Part shown: positions 33,751-45,106 of the stretch, one piece after another | How the letters are laid out: each line of letters opens with the position of its first letter | Numbering within the stretch: position 1 is the first letter of the stretch | Assembly: GCA_965205265.1 (NCBI GenBank) | Contig: CBDBGH010000003.1 | Location: forward strand, 4,864,001-4,928,000 | Origin: Alphaproteobacteria bacterium | Lineage (GTDB): Bacteria > Pseudomonadota > Alphaproteobacteria > Bin95 | Direction: 5' to 3' | Length of the DNA stretch: 64,000 bases | The notes under the pieces: generated by a model | The model's database searches: none | Seen by the model: only the letters and a program-made list of their open reading frames with translations | What the model was told of the DNA's origin: nothing | Translations under genes and position numbers: made by a program

Positions 33751-34641
33751 CTACCCGCCGCCGGACGCCCAACGGGCCGGCCGGCGCGTAACCAGCAACT
33801 CGTCCACCCCGGCATGATGCGCGTTGCGCATCGTCACCCGGACCGCATGGAACCCGTGCCGGCAGACCAGACCCAGGATCTCGTCAGAAACGTCGTAGGT
33901 CATCAGGAAATCCGCCCTGCGGTCCGCGAGAAGCGCGAACAGCCGGGCATGGTCCACGTCGTTGCAGGCATACAGCCTCCGCCCGGCCCGCTTGCCGCCC
34001 CGGCCCGTATAGGGCGGGTCGACAAACACCGCCATCTCCTCCTCCTGCCGGTCCAGCTTCTCTTCAAGCACCGCCAGCCCGTCCGCCTCGCGGAACTCGA
34101 TGTGCCCTGCCGCCGCGGAGATCGCCTCTATCCGGCGGCACAGCGTCCCGGGATACCAGCGCGAGGCGACGCCCGCCCCGTTTTCGCCCTTCCGGACGAA
34201 GGACGCCCCGGGCGCCACAATGCCGCCCCGGCGCGTGCGGTTGAGCACCAGTGTCCGGAACCCCCGCCCGACAGTGTCGCGGGGCTCGGCCCGCGCCAGG
34301 TCCCGGACCGCCGTCATGCAGGGCTGGAACGCCCGCACGCGCTCACAGAGATCGGGGCCGTGATACAGCGCCGCCTTCCAGAAGGCCGCGATATCCGCAT
34401 CGCGCTCCACCATAAGCGTCCGGGGAGCCAGCCCTTCCATCACCGCGGCGAGCGATACCGTCGCCCCGCCGGCGAAGGGCTCGATCAGCAGCCGGTCCCG
34501 GCCAGCACCGAGCCATGCCCGCGCATGCGGAATGGCCCAGGTCTTGCCGCCCGGATAGCGCAGCGGGCTGCGCTGCGGGACACGGGACACATTCGCCGGC
34601 GGAATGCCGCAGGCCGGAATGATCGCCGCCTTCCCCGTCAC
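33751..34641 (-). CDS. Dam-like (D12 class) DNA adenine methyltransferase
   Basis: SPLRYPGGK, IEPFAGG, FVDPPY. Confidence 0.9.
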   Translation of the reverse strand: MTGKAAIIPACGIPPANVSRVPQRSPLRYPGGKTWAIPHARAWLGAGRDRLLIEPFAGGATVSLAAVMEGLAPRTLMVERDADIAAFWKAALYHGPDLCERVRAFQPCMTAVRDLARAEPRDTVGRGFRTLVLNRTRRGGIVAPGASFVRKGENGAGVASRWYPGTLCRRIEAISAAAGHIEFREADGLAVLEEKLDRQEEEMAVFVDPPYTGRGGKRAGRRLYACNDVDHARLFALLADRRADFLMTYDVSDEILGLVCRHGFHAVRVTMRNAHHAGVDELLVTRRPARWASGGG

Positions 34642-34897
34642 GGCGACGGGAGCGGCTCCTGCGGGCCTGCGACCCTTACACCGCTTGCCATGATCCCCGC
34701 CGCGCGCAGCTTGTCCCTGTCACCCGGCGTCATCAGCGCTCCATCGAGCTTTGAATCCCAACCAAACGGCGTCCGATGACCTGCATCGGCCCCACGAAGA
34801 TCCGCTCCCCTGAAATCCGTCTCCGAAAAGGCCGCATCGCGAAGCACCGCATCGCGCAGGTCGGCGGCACGGAACACCGTTCCGAACAGCCCGGCAC

Positions 34898-34961
34898 CAT
34901 ACATGTTCGCACCGCGCAGGTCGGCACCGTCCAGGCAGGCCCGGTCCAACCCGGCGCAATC
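34898..34961 (+). repeat. 64-bp target-site duplication (second copy 36878-36941)
   Basis: CATACATGTTCGC...CCGGCGCAATC on both sides of the IS. Confidence 0.95.
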
Positions 34962-36877
34962 CCTGACTTCGACGGTTGATTCGCATAAGTAGTTGATATT
35001 GCCTGGTTCTCATTTCGGCTAGGCACTACATCCGGCATTTCTTCGAGCCGTGCTTCGTCGACGGTCAGGCGAGTTGATACGGGGTGATCGTCAGGGGCAG
35101 CCCCATGGTTGCGTAAATCTGCTCCGCCGCCGGTGTCGGCTTCGAGGGGATGACGTAGCGGTTGCCCGATTGCCGACAGCGCAGCAGGGAGCACTGGCGG
35201 TGGACGAGGGCGGAGCGGATGACCTCCGGGGACATCCGCCGCTTCTGGATGGCGACGCGGTACGCAAGGTGTCGAACGCAGGCGAAGGCCAGGAAGGCGA
35301 TGGCGATGTGAGCGCGGATCCGGTCCGGGTTCCAGTGCCAGATGGGACGTATCTTCAGGTCGTGTTTGGTGATCCGGAAGCTCTCCTCGACCTGCCAGAG
35401 CCCCTGGTAGTGAGCCATCACTTCGGTGACGCGCGCGTCGCGCAGATTGGTGATGACGCCGGTGAGCCCGTCCCATCGTGCGGCCTCGGCGATCTTCTCC
35501 GGGTTCACCGTGAGCCGTGCGTCGCCCTCGACGGCGATGAAGCGCTTCGCCCCGTGATTGGAGAGCAGTTCCCTGGGATTGTCGCTGCGGGCCAGCCTGT
35601 CGAGCAGGCGTTCCACCTGATGGCGGCGCTCGTGCGCGTCCTTGCGTGCGCGCTGGGGGCAGAAGACGACGATCAGGCGACGGCCCTTGTACTCCCACTC
35701 GCCGACCCGGCGGTCCTGTGAGCCCTCCAGCGGGGCATAGGTCCCGGGGTCGAGAACCTGCCCCAGCAGCGCGAGCGGCAGCTTGCGCAGCCGCGCGCCG
35801 ACGACATACTCGCCGCCGATGGCGTCCATGGCGTCGAGGTTGTCGGCGCTCAGCATGCCCCGGTCGGCCACGCATACCGTGCGCTCCACCTGGTGGCGGC
35901 GCTGCATGTCCTGCAGGACCGGGACCATGCTGTGTCCCTCGTAGGTGGCGCCGGGGAAGACCTCGTAGCTGATCGGCAGCCCTTCGCGCGTCACCATCAG
36001 CGCCAGCAGAACCTGCGAGTCCTTGTGTTTGCCGTCCTTGCTGAAGCCGTGCTGGCGAAGCTCGTCCTCGGCGGCCGTCTCGAAGTAGAGCGTGGTGCAA
36101 TCGAAGAAGAGGATCGCGACCGGCTCCGGCAGCAGCGACCGGCTCGCCTCGCCGACGCGCGTGCGCAGTCGCTCGATCACCGTCGCGTCGAGCTGATCCA
36201 TCATCCGGTAGACCTTCTCGAGCGGAAGACTCACGCCGAAGTCCTCCTCGAGCCGGCGCACGCTGCCCCGCTTGCTGTCGGGGTTGGCTACCCGCGCCAT
36301 CACCACATGGAACAGCGCGTCATGGGAGGCCCGGTAGCGCGAGCGCGGCAGCAGCGCGTCGAGGCCCAGCAGCCGGTAGATCTCGCCATAGACCTCGTGG
36401 ATGCCTGTGATCAGGCGCTGCTCCTCTTCAAGCTGCTTGAGGTCGACCGGGAGTTCCTCCTTGCCGTCCCCCCGGCGGCCGACACGGATCGCCTGCTCAG
36501 CGATCTTCTCGGGCGCAAACAATGCCGGCTGACGCTCGTCCTCCAGCTTCGCCTTGACGTACTCGCCGAGCTGCCTCAGGCGCTCGAGCTCGTCCTCGTC
36601 CATGGCCACGCCGACATGGCGGACGATGCGCTGTCGGACCTTGCCGCCGTCGCGCACGGCCTCGACGATCTGGACCGAGCGTCGCGGGCTGTTGGGGGAG
36701 GTCTTGATGCGCACGAACATGGGGGGAGTGTAGCGCGTGGCGGAGGCATTGACAGTCTCAAAGATTTACTAGGCACTACAACGCAGCTTGACCGCACCGC
36801 AACTGCCAACTCATTGGCTTTACTGAAAACTCCAGACGCGAGATCGGTCAGAAGTCAGCCCAACCGTCGAAGTCAGG
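34962..36877 (-). mobile_element. IS1634-family element copy 3 (1916 bp)
   Basis: Same inverted repeats; flanked by a 64-bp direct repeat. Confidence 0.95.
35065..36720 (-). CDS. IS1634-family transposase
   Basis: Protein identical to the other two copies. Confidence 0.95.
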   Translation of the reverse strand: MFVRIKTSPNSPRRSVQIVEAVRDGGKVRQRIVRHVGVAMDEDELERLRQLGEYVKAKLEDERQPALFAPEKIAEQAIRVGRRGDGKEELPVDLKQLEEEQRLITGIHEVYGEIYRLLGLDALLPRSRYRASHDALFHVVMARVANPDSKRGSVRRLEEDFGVSLPLEKVYRMMDQLDATVIERLRTRVGEASRSLLPEPVAILFFDCTTLYFETAAEDELRQHGFSKDGKHKDSQVLLALMVTREGLPISYEVFPGATYEGHSMVPVLQDMQRRHQVERTVCVADRGMLSADNLDAMDAIGGEYVVGARLRKLPLALLGQVLDPGTYAPLEGSQDRRVGEWEYKGRRLIVVFCPQRARKDAHERRHQVERLLDRLARSDNPRELLSNHGAKRFIAVEGDARLTVNPEKIAEAARWDGLTGVITNLRDARVTEVMAHYQGLWQVEESFRITKHDLKIRPIWHWNPDRIRAHIAIAFLAFACVRHLAYRVAIQKRRMSPEVIRSALVHRQCSLLRCRQSGNRYVIPSKPTPAAEQIYATMGLPLTITPYQLA

Positions 36878-37673
36878 CATACATGTTCGCACCGCGCAGG
36901 TCGGCACCGTCCAGGCAGGCCCGGTCCAACCCGGCGCAATCCAGACCGCAATCCACGAGCCCTGCATCCATGAGCCACGCACCCGAGAAGTCGCAACCGG
37001 CCGCGTCCATGTTCTCCAGGCTGGCTCCCGCCAGATTGGCCCCGGCGAATTTGGCTTCCTTCGCTTCGGCGCCGCTGAAATCCGCGGCCGCCAGACGGGC
37101 TCGCGTGAAATCGGCCCCGGCCAGGCGGGCCTGCGCGAAACAACATCCACCGGCCAGAACCGCTTCGAACCGGCAGCCCGTCAGATCGGACCTCAGGAAA
37201 GAGCACACGGCAAGATGCGATCCTGAAAAGTCCGACCCGGGCAGACGAACATCCGACAGGTCCATTCCTGACAGATCCAGATTCCGGAAATCACGTTCCC
37301 CCTGCGCATGACGCAGACAAAGCTCCTGAAGCGGGACACGCTCCCGCGCGGACATCACCGGGACACCTCATTCTTCCCGAAGCGCCGAAGGGCGTGGAAG
37401 CAGGTCAGAGTCCCAACCATGCCGGGGTTCCTTCGGACCGATCCCCTCACCATCCCACTGTTCCCTGAAAACTCCAATCCTCCCGGTTCCCACCGTGCCC
37501 CCGAGGGCCGCTGCGTAGAAGGCCCTCCCGTCCTGAACACCTGAACAATGTCTCCTGCCGGAACCGCAGTCCCCAAGGCAGGACCCCAACCCGGTCGCTC
37601 CCATCATCGCGGCGCCTGACCGGCGCGCCGGCCGCCGGAGTCCGGCGTCGACGCACTCATGAGCCCCACCCAT

Positions 37674-39173
37674 TCACCAGTAGCTTGCCTGCCGGCCATC
37701 GTTCCAGACGCGAAGAATGACCGTGTTCACGTTGGTGCCGACTTCGGAAAACGAACCCTGCGGAAGGTCACGCCACGACGCCTTGCGCGTCGCCATATGG
37801 TCCCGAAATCCCCTGGCCTTTTTCGTGGAACGCCATTCCGTCCCGGCGGACATGACCGCCACAAGCAGGCCATCCGGCTTCAGGAACCGCATCGCGTGCA
37901 TCACATGGTCGATATCCCGTTCGCGGTCGAACGGCGGATTCATGATGATCCTGTCATAGACCGGGCTGGGCGGCAGCGCGAGGAAATCTGCCGCAATCAC
38001 CCGCCGGTAACGCCCGCTGGCCTCGAGCGCCGCGGCAAGGTGGGGCTGGATCTCCACACAATCCACCACGCCGCCCTGCTCGACCGCCGGCAGGGCCAGG
38101 TTGCCTTCGCCCGCGCTCGGCTCCAGCACCCGCAGCGGCCCGGCCTCGTCCCGGCCACGGTAAAAGGCGGCAGCCCGCATCACCTCGGCCGCGACCGCCG
38201 GCGGGGTGGGGAAGTGGCCGAAAAACCGGGCCGGGGCCGTCTTGGCCCGGGACAGGCCACCCTCGTCGCCTTGGTCCCCGTCGTCCGCGAGCACCTCTCC
38301 GTAATACTCCGCAAGCAGCAGGTTCGCCTTGCGCACCAGATCGTCGCGGCGGAACCAGAGATGCAGGTTCCCATTCTTGTACACCCTGACGCGGAAATAC
38401 TCGGTTTCGATCACCGACTGGAATGCCGACAACCGCGGGCCGCGTGAGCGCACATCGTCGATCTGCGCGATGATCCCCGCATAATGCGGCGGCTGCGTCC
38501 GCCCGTCCAACAGGAAGAAGACCCGCTCGACGTCCAAGACGGTGTCCTTGTGATTGGAACTGAATGACCAATGCCCCCAGTCGTCGAAGGCCCTGTCGAC
38601 AATCACCCGGCTGCCGATCTTCCATCCCGTGTGCGACCGGAATCGCCGGTCAAGCCGTGAGAAGCAGTTCGCAAGACCCCGCTTCCAGATTGTGTCCGCC
38701 TCGGCAACGAAGCGTTCAAGGGTCGCATAGACGTTCTCGACCGTGACTTCGGGCGGATCCTCGACGAGGGCGGCGCGCAGCTTGTCCTTTTCCTCCTTGT
38801 CCATGACCGTCTCGAGCTCGGTCAGTTCGACAATCTGCGCCCACACGCCAGTGTCCGTAAGGCGCCGGGCCGCGGCCAGAAACGCTTCGCGCTCGGCAAC
38901 GTCCAGATTGCACAGGAAGTTGCGCTCCCGCCGATCCCCATGCGTGTGGAAATTGTAGGAATTGACGCGCATCGAGGCCGCAGCGCCCGCCGCGCGGGCG
39001 TCGCCGATCGCCGTCTGCGCGGCGGTGAGCGCGTCATGGGCGATTTCGTATTTGCGCAGCGCCTCGTCACGCAAAGCCACCATCCGCTCGATGGTATTCC
39101 ACGGAATCAGCGCCGTCGGCCCGGCCGGCCGTTCGTCCGCCCCCTGGAGAACGATAACGGTATCGTCAGGCAT
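37674..39173 (-). CDS. DUF4942-like domain fused to an N6-adenine methyltransferase
   Basis: YFRVRVYKNGNLHLWF; FPTP, VLEPSAGEG, IIMNPPF. Confidence 0.85.
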   Translation of the reverse strand: MPDDTVIVLQGADERPAGPTALIPWNTIERMVALRDEALRKYEIAHDALTAAQTAIGDARAAGAAASMRVNSYNFHTHGDRRERNFLCNLDVAEREAFLAAARRLTDTGVWAQIVELTELETVMDKEEKDKLRAALVEDPPEVTVENVYATLERFVAEADTIWKRGLANCFSRLDRRFRSHTGWKIGSRVIVDRAFDDWGHWSFSSNHKDTVLDVERVFFLLDGRTQPPHYAGIIAQIDDVRSRGPRLSAFQSVIETEYFRVRVYKNGNLHLWFRRDDLVRKANLLLAEYYGEVLADDGDQGDEGGLSRAKTAPARFFGHFPTPPAVAAEVMRAAAFYRGRDEAGPLRVLEPSAGEGNLALPAVEQGGVVDCVEIQPHLAAALEASGRYRRVIAADFLALPPSPVYDRIIMNPPFDRERDIDHVMHAMRFLKPDGLLVAVMSAGTEWRSTKKARGFRDHMATRKASWRDLPQGSFSEVGTNVNTVILRVWNDGRQASYW

Positions 39174-39407
39174 TCCCCTGCCTCCCTCTATCCGGATGGA
39201 CGGGATTCGCTCGGAAGGGAGCCACCCGCACCCGTATCAGGCCGATCCACCCGGCCCTCCTGCATGTCCCCGCCGCTTCCCGGGATCGGCGGCCCTAGCT
39301 CGCAAACGCCGGGTGCAGCAACACCAGCGCTGCCGTCAAAACTCCCGCGAGGGCAATGCCGGCCGCTACCGGCATCCACAGGGAAGTTCCCGCGGGCATT
39401 TTCCCCT

Positions 39408-39929
39408 TCACCGACACAAGGACCGCTCCCCGGGCCTCAGGTCGATCAACAGCCTGGTATTCAGGATCCCCAGTTCCCGGTTTTCGTCCGTGTCCCCGAG
39501 TATCAGGTCGCCGTCCGTCACGGCGTCCAGATAGCGAAAGACGATGAGAGCCATGAATTCGCCCCACGGCATTTCCGACGGGCGCTCGACCTCAAGCCGG
39601 ACGCCGCCATCGCCCTCCTCGAAGAACCCGGCGCGGCAGAAAGGCCTGCCGTCGAGTTCGAAGCGGTTGCAGAACAGCGCCCCGACCATCCGCGCCTCTC
39701 GCTCCGTATAGCCTTCCGGCGGAACGGGGGGCGGCGGTAATTTCGCGCGGACCGCCCTGGCCTGCCGGCCCCGGCCGGCTTCCAGGAAGCTCTCGATCAT
39801 CATGAACAACGCGAACGGAGCCCATGCCTTGGCATCGGCCTCGGTCGGCGCGAGATACGGCCCGAGACGGACATCCTCCCTGCCGATTCCATCGATAACC
39901 GTCATGTCCCCTTTCCCTTTCCGACCCAT
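39408..39929 (-). CDS. Hypothetical protein
   Basis: Natural-looking ORF within a co-oriented run. Confidence 0.6.
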   Translation of the reverse strand: MGRKGKGDMTVIDGIGREDVRLGPYLAPTEADAKAWAPFALFMMIESFLEAGRGRQARAVRAKLPPPPVPPEGYTEREARMVGALFCNRFELDGRPFCRAGFFEEGDGGVRLEVERPSEMPWGEFMALIVFRYLDAVTDGDLILGDTDENRELGILNTRLLIDLRPGERSLCR

Positions 39930-39935
39930 TGGCGG

Positions 39936-40592
39936 CTACAGCGGCGCGAACAGGATGCCGCGCAGCTTGCGCCGCCAATGCACCCGGCCGGGCCTCGCGA
40001 GACCGGCGATGCACGGACCGCATTCCAGGGCGATACCCATTCCCTGCGCCGTGCGGTCCGTTACCGCAAGGCTGCCGGCAGAGCCGCAAAGCGGGCAGTC
40101 GGCCACCAGTTGCGTATCCGAGTTCCGGCGAGGCGCGAAAGGCCGGAGGGCTTCCACCCACAGTCCGAATTCCAGGTTCCATTGCGGCCGCTGACAGGGA
40201 CCCCCGTTCCTCGTTCCCGGAGGGAACAGGCGCCGCCGCCCATCCAGCTCGCGGGACTTCCACCCGAGGGCCTTCAACACGGCCACGATACCGCGCAGGC
40301 CGACCGTTTCCCCGCTGTCGGTGCGGAAGCGGACATCGGAGATGGCGAATGTGCCGTTGGACCGCCAGGTCGCGAGCACCTCGAGAAGCAAATCGCGCAC
40401 CCGAAACGTCACCGGCCGGTCCGGACGTTCCCGGAGTTTCCGGAACGTCTCCAGTTCCGCGACGGTCATGCCGCGGCCCAGGCGGGCCACGATGTTCCCG
40501 GTCGCCGTCTCGAAATCGCCCGGTCCGGCCGCATGGGCGCGAATGAGCGCGCCGACATCCGCGTCGACCGCGTCTTCCGACGGATGATCCAT
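39936..40592 (-). CDS. Hypothetical protein with C-terminal zinc ribbon
   Basis: CPLC...CGPC. Confidence 0.65.
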   Translation of the reverse strand: MDHPSEDAVDADVGALIRAHAAGPGDFETATGNIVARLGRGMTVAELETFRKLRERPDRPVTFRVRDLLLEVLATWRSNGTFAISDVRFRTDSGETVGLRGIVAVLKALGWKSRELDGRRRLFPPGTRNGGPCQRPQWNLEFGLWVEALRPFAPRRNSDTQLVADCPLCGSAGSLAVTDRTAQGMGIALECGPCIAGLARPGRVHWRRKLRGILFAPL

Positions 40593-40808
40593 CTGTCGCC
40601 CCGCGTCACTCGTCTCCCGCCGCCGCCCGGGAGGGAGGCCCGCATCGCCCCGGACACGCTCATCGAAAGGGGGGAAGGGCCAGGAACCGCCTCAGGGCGC
40701 CGCCGCTCGCCCGGTGTTAGCGACGGTTAGGAAGGGCGTTTATTTGCTGGCGCGGAACGGCCGGTTTGTGCGGCTTGCGAGCAGCGTCGCATGGGTTAGG
40801 TGTTGCGT

Positions 40809-41702
40809 TCATCTGATTGGGCGGTCATCGGTTTCGAGCGGCTCGCCGTCGCGGTCACGGATGAGCATGTCGTTCCAGTCCTGGTTTTCGAGGGCCGGTC
40901 GCATTCGGACGATTCTTGTGTCGTTGTCTTGCATGCGGCGGGCGGCGTGATCGCCGTATCGTGTAGCGTCCCAGGCACAGAAGATACGGCGCGGGTTCCA
41001 GGCCTCGACCCATTTGGGGATTCTGGCCGTGATGGCGCCGGTGGAGACGACGGCGCATTTGCTGCGTTTTTCCGGGACGAGGTGGAGGGAGAGGATCGAC
41101 AGGGCGTCGAGGGCGCTGCCGGTGAGGATGACGGTGCCGGGCCAGTCGGGCTCCCATGACATCCAGAAGCCGCCGTCTGCGGCCGGCTCCTGCGCTGCGG
41201 GGAGGGTCTCTATGCCGACCACCTTGCTGGCGGCGTTTCGGCGGAGGAACACGGGATTGCCGCGCCGGTCGGCACGGATCAGGCCGAGGCCTCGGCATAG
41301 CTCGACGAGCGCGTCGGCGAGGCCGCGCTGCTCGATGAGGTATTGCCGCAGCGCCGGCCAGCGAGGGTCCTGGCACGAGGGCTCCGCCTCACAGCGACTG
41401 TTCGGGAGCCGTGAGTGGCGCGGCAGTTGGGCGAGGAAGTCGAGGGCTTCGGTCGTTGGGCATCCGAGCGCATGAACCGCCAGCTGGATGGCCCCGGCGC
41501 CTCCCTCTCCGCGCAGATGGTCGTAGAACATGAAGCGGTTGATGGAGAGGACCGAACCGGCTCGTCTCCAGCGCGCGGCATCGGCGGGATCGCGGCGATA
41601 GCCGAGGGCGTGGACCACGTCTTCGAGGGGGCAGCTTCGCAGCCCCTCGGCCCGCAGGCGGCGATCCCATGGATGCAGATGCTGCACGGCTGGCTCAGGC
41701 AT
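40809..41702 (-). CDS. DUF3991/Toprim-like protein (IS passenger)
   Basis: [38 protein letters not shown]. Confidence 0.75.
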   Translation of the reverse strand: MPEPAVQHLHPWDRRLRAEGLRSCPLEDVVHALGYRRDPADAARWRRAGSVLSINRFMFYDHLRGEGGAGAIQLAVHALGCPTTEALDFLAQLPRHSRLPNSRCEAEPSCQDPRWPALRQYLIEQRGLADALVELCRGLGLIRADRRGNPVFLRRNAASKVVGIETLPAAQEPAADGGFWMSWEPDWPGTVILTGSALDALSILSLHLVPEKRSKCAVVSTGAITARIPKWVEAWNPRRIFCAWDATRYGDHAARRMQDNDTRIVRMRPALENQDWNDMLIRDRDGEPLETDDRPIR

Positions 41703-42480
41703 CCCCCGTGTCTTGCGCCGTGCTCTTGCCCGCTCCTTTTGCCGATCGCCGCCGGCGGCGATCGGCGCTGCGCTGCTTCTGGCGTTCCTCGGCCTCCTTG
41801 CGGCGGTATGAGTCGCCGTCGATGGCGAGGATCTCGGCATTGTGGACGAGCCGGTCGACAAGGGCCACGAGGCAGGCGGCGTTGGGGAAGGCCTCGCTCC
41901 ACTCGGCGAAGGGGCGGTTTGTGGTGATGATGGTGGAGCGCTGCTGGCTGCGGCTTGAGACGATATTGAACAGCAGGTCGGCATGACGGTTGGAGTAGGA
42001 GAGATATCCGACTTCGTCGATGACCAGGAGGTGCTGGCGGGCGTAGAAGCGCAGCCTGCGCTGGAGCATTGTGTCGGAGTCGATGGCGGCGAGCTCGCCG
42101 AGCAGGCTGGCGGCGGTTGCGAAGCGCACGGTGTGGCCTTCGAGGACGGCGCGGTGTGCGATATTGGCGGCGATTGTGGACTTGCCGACGCCGTTGGGGC
42201 CGATGAGGACGACATTGGCGCCCTCGCGGAGGAAGTTGAGGGTCATGAGGTCCTCGACGGCCATGCGGTCGCATCGCCTTGGCCAGTCCCAGTCGAAGTC
42301 GGCGAGCGGCTTGAACTGTCCGAGGCGGGCGGCGGTGAGGCGTCGCCTGAGGCTTCGGCTTCGCCTCTCTTCCTCTTCCCATGCGATCAGGGGCGGGAGC
42401 CAGTCGCGCTCCGCAACCTCGCTCCAGTGGGCGAGGAGGCCGTGCAGTCCGAGCGCCGTGGCGCGGTCCTTGAGGGTCAT
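41695..42480 (-). CDS. istB: IS21-family ATPase IstB
   Basis: [32 protein letters not shown]. Confidence 0.95.
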   Translation of the reverse strand: MTLKDRATALGLHGLLAHWSEVAERDWLPPLIAWEEEERRSRSLRRRLTAARLGQFKPLADFDWDWPRRCDRMAVEDLMTLNFLREGANVVLIGPNGVGKSTIAANIAHRAVLEGHTVRFATAASLLGELAAIDSDTMLQRRLRFYARQHLLVIDEVGYLSYSNRHADLLFNIVSSRSQQRSTIITTNRPFAEWSEAFPNAACLVALVDRLVHNAEILAIDGDSYRRKEAEERQKQRSADRRRRRSAKGAGKSTAQDTGDA

Positions 42481-43982
42481 TCTTCGCTGTCCTCCTCGTG
42501 GTGGCTTGCGAGCCCGTCGTATCCGCCGAGGTCGTGATCGCGGACCGCGATATCGCGCAGTCTTGGATCGCCGGGCAGGTCGATGGGGATGGGTGGTGGC
42601 TCGTTGCGCTGTTCGCGCCGCCGGTTCAGGCTGAAGCGCACCGCATTGGGATGGGGGACGCCGCGCTCAAGGGCTTCATCGATGGCGGCTTCGAGTTCGA
42701 CGGCTCCGTAGTCGTCGAGCAGGCGCAGCAGGGAGGCGACGGTTGTGCCGATATTGCCGCCGCGCCTGGCGGTCTCGGCAAGCAGGCGCTCGCTGTCGGG
42801 GGCGGCCTGGAGAAGGCGGCTCTGCCCGCGCAGGCGGTGGGCGTGACGTTTGAGCCTGACCAGCTCCTCGATGTGCTCGGGGGTCTCGATGCGGGCCGCC
42901 TTGTCGAAGCTGCGCGGATGACGGGCGACGGTGTCGGCGCCGTCGAGGATGCGTACCTCCTCCAGTGTCGCGACCACGGTGAGGGTGCGCCGCGTATGGG
43001 TATGCGGGACGCTATAGTCATTGAGGTCGAACCTGGCGTAGGGGGTCTTGCCGATCCTGACCTCGACCCTCTCGTCGACGGGGGGCCGGTCGTCGGGCAG
43101 CGCCATCAGGGAGCCGCGCTCGCGCTCGAAGGCCTCGCGCACGGTGAGGGAGCGGTCGTCCGGCCAGCGACGGTCGGCGGCGACGCCGTCGCACCAGGCG
43201 CGGGCCCGGGCGTTCAGGTCGTCGAGGTCGCGCCAGGCGCGGGCGGCGAAGAAGTTGTCGCGCACATAGCGTATGGCGCGCTCCACGCGCCCCTTCTCGT
43301 TGCCGCGCGCGACCGCGACCGGCTTGGGCAGGAAGCGGTAGCGGGCGGCGAAGTCGAGGAGCCGGGGGTTGAACCGGATGGCGTCGCCCTGGCGCTCCAG
43401 CACGACGCTCTTCAGGTTGTCGTACCATAGCTCGCGGGGCACGCCCTGCCAGGCCTCGAAGGCCTCGACATGGCCGCGCAGGAAGTTGTCCATCGCGGCA
43501 TTGAGGTAGAAGTGCAGGAAGATGCGGCGCGAGTAGCTCAGCACCATCACGAAGCCCATCAGCGGGCGCTCCGCGCGCCCGATCCTCACCTTGCCGAAGT
43601 GGGCCCAGTCCACCTGGGCCAGCTCGCCGGGCAGGGTCTTGAGGCGCAGATAGGCCTCGGCCACAGGCCGCGGGCGCTCCGGCGCGATCATGCGCCGGAA
43701 GTGGCTCTGGCTGCCCCGGTAGCCGCGCTCGACCGCCATCTGGTAGAGCCGGCTGGCTGGCAGCCTGGGCCAGACCGCCAGGGTCTGGCGGATGAAGGGC
43801 CGGAACGGATCGATCATCGAAGCCCTGCGCCGCCTCTCACGCGCGGGCGCCCCGGCGGCCGCTACCGCGCGCTCGACCGTGCCGTGGTGGACGCCGAGCT
43901 GGCGCGCGATCGTGCCGATCCTCCACTTCTCGGCAAAATACAGCCGCTGGATCTCGGCACGGGTCTGCTTGTCGATCGCCAT
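42477..43982 (-). CDS. istA: IS21-family transposase IstA
   Basis: AQVDWAHFG, YDNLKS, GNEKGRVERAI, NDYSVP. Confidence 0.95.
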   Translation of the reverse strand: MAIDKQTRAEIQRLYFAEKWRIGTIARQLGVHHGTVERAVAAAGAPARERRRRASMIDPFRPFIRQTLAVWPRLPASRLYQMAVERGYRGSQSHFRRMIAPERPRPVAEAYLRLKTLPGELAQVDWAHFGKVRIGRAERPLMGFVMVLSYSRRIFLHFYLNAAMDNFLRGHVEAFEAWQGVPRELWYDNLKSVVLERQGDAIRFNPRLLDFAARYRFLPKPVAVARGNEKGRVERAIRYVRDNFFAARAWRDLDDLNARARAWCDGVAADRRWPDDRSLTVREAFERERGSLMALPDDRPPVDERVEVRIGKTPYARFDLNDYSVPHTHTRRTLTVVATLEEVRILDGADTVARHPRSFDKAARIETPEHIEELVRLKRHAHRLRGQSRLLQAAPDSERLLAETARRGGNIGTTVASLLRLLDDYGAVELEAAIDEALERGVPHPNAVRFSLNRRREQRNEPPPIPIDLPGDPRLRDIAVRDHDLGGYDGLASHHEEDSEE

Positions 43983-43983
43983 C

Positions 43984-44418
43984 TCACTCCCTTCGCGCCT
44001 GGCGCAGGCCCGGATAGACCGCCAGGCCGCAGAACCGACCGCAGCGCTCGCAGCGGAACACCCGGGCGGGACGGTCGGGCCCGAAGGGCCGGGTTCCGGA
44101 CCGCCCCGCCGGTATGCGCGCCACATCAGGACGCCGGCGCGCGACGGTCAAAGGGTGATGCGTCACTTTCTGCGCGATGGCCCGAACTGCCGGCTGCCGC
44201 ACACGGCGCCGTTCGCGGTAGCGCCGCTGGCGCTCGGCATGCTTGTGACGGCCCCGGCGGCTGTTCTGGTAGCGCTGCCCCGCAAGGCGCACCGACCGAC
44301 GCCGCGCCCGCCCGCTGCAACGCGGCGAACAGTAGATATGGCCAGAGTCGCAGCGCCGGCAGAGAACCACCTGGCGGCGGCACAGGGCGCAGGTGAACAG
44401 GCGGGCGGCGTTCCTCAT
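43984..44418 (-). CDS. Basic Cys-rich accessory protein upstream of istA
   Basis: CALC...CRRC...YCSPRC; Arg-rich. Confidence 0.7.
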   Translation of the reverse strand: MRNAARLFTCALCRRQVVLCRRCDSGHIYCSPRCSGRARRRSVRLAGQRYQNSRRGRHKHAERQRRYRERRRVRQPAVRAIAQKVTHHPLTVARRRPDVARIPAGRSGTRPFGPDRPARVFRCERCGRFCGLAVYPGLRQARRE

Positions 44419-44800
44419 CGCGACCGATGAGAACGGGGTGGACCCACGCCCGGACGCGCACGATACTGCGCTTCCGGGCCGCGCCTTGCATGGCTCGGGG
44501 GGTGCGGCGCCGGTCGTTGCCACCAAGCCAACGGGGCCGGCGCCGCATCGTTCTCAGAAGCCCCAGTCTACCCCCTGCCGCAGCCCGGGAACGGCCAACC
44601 CGGTCGCCAGGACGTCGCCGCCCTCCGGGAGGCGAAAATCTCAACGCGACGGGGGCCGAGGACTCCGGTCGGGCTACGCCCTCCTTCCGTCCTCGGCCCC
44701 CGTCATAAACCCGGCCGCGCCTGTCTCACGCTGTTTGTCGTGCGCACCACAAAAGCGCGCTACGCCAGCAAATATGCGCCCTTTATGATAATCACCGACA

Positions 44801-45048
44801 ACCGACAGATCCTGGTCCTCGATGTCGCTGTCGAGCTTGTGCGCCAGCGCCGGGTCCGGTTCCCACACCGGGTCGGCGCTGGCGAGATTGCGCTCCAGCA
44901 AACCGATAAAGCCGTCCCCCGTCGGGTCCACCACGCACACCTCCTGGCGCGGGTAGCCGAGCCGCAGGTCGTGCAGTTCCAGCGGGGACTGGAAATTCTC
45001 GTCCGGGACCGGCAGGCAGTCCCTCAGATTCGGATCGGGATCGTGCAT
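44801..45048 (-). pseudogene. Hypothetical gene truncated by IS21 element B
   Basis: The ORF runs into the IS end at 44800; GGAGG lies upstream. Confidence 0.45.
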
Positions 45049-45106
45049 TGCGGCACATCTCCTCCCTGTTCTTGCGGCGGATATCGCGTCGTCCTGGCTC
45101 TCCGGG

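Larger units (their letters stand above)
34638..37358 (-). pseudogene. Pentapeptide-repeat protein interrupted by IS1634 copy 3
   Basis: RHAQGERDF cap. Joining 37358-36878 to 34897-34638 gives one 246-aa frame; tail GPQEPLPSP. Confidence 0.9.
40715..44800 (-). mobile_element. IS21-family element B (about 4.09 kb) with passenger genes
   Basis: Imperfect 38-bp inverted ends TGT...AAGGGCG..TATTTGCTGGCG at 40715 and 44800; no target duplication seen. Confidence 0.8.

Noticed and set aside
44794-44807. ACCGACA duplicated at the end of IS21 element B as a target duplication
   Set aside because: Both copies are at the same end; the other flank (CCCGG) does not match.
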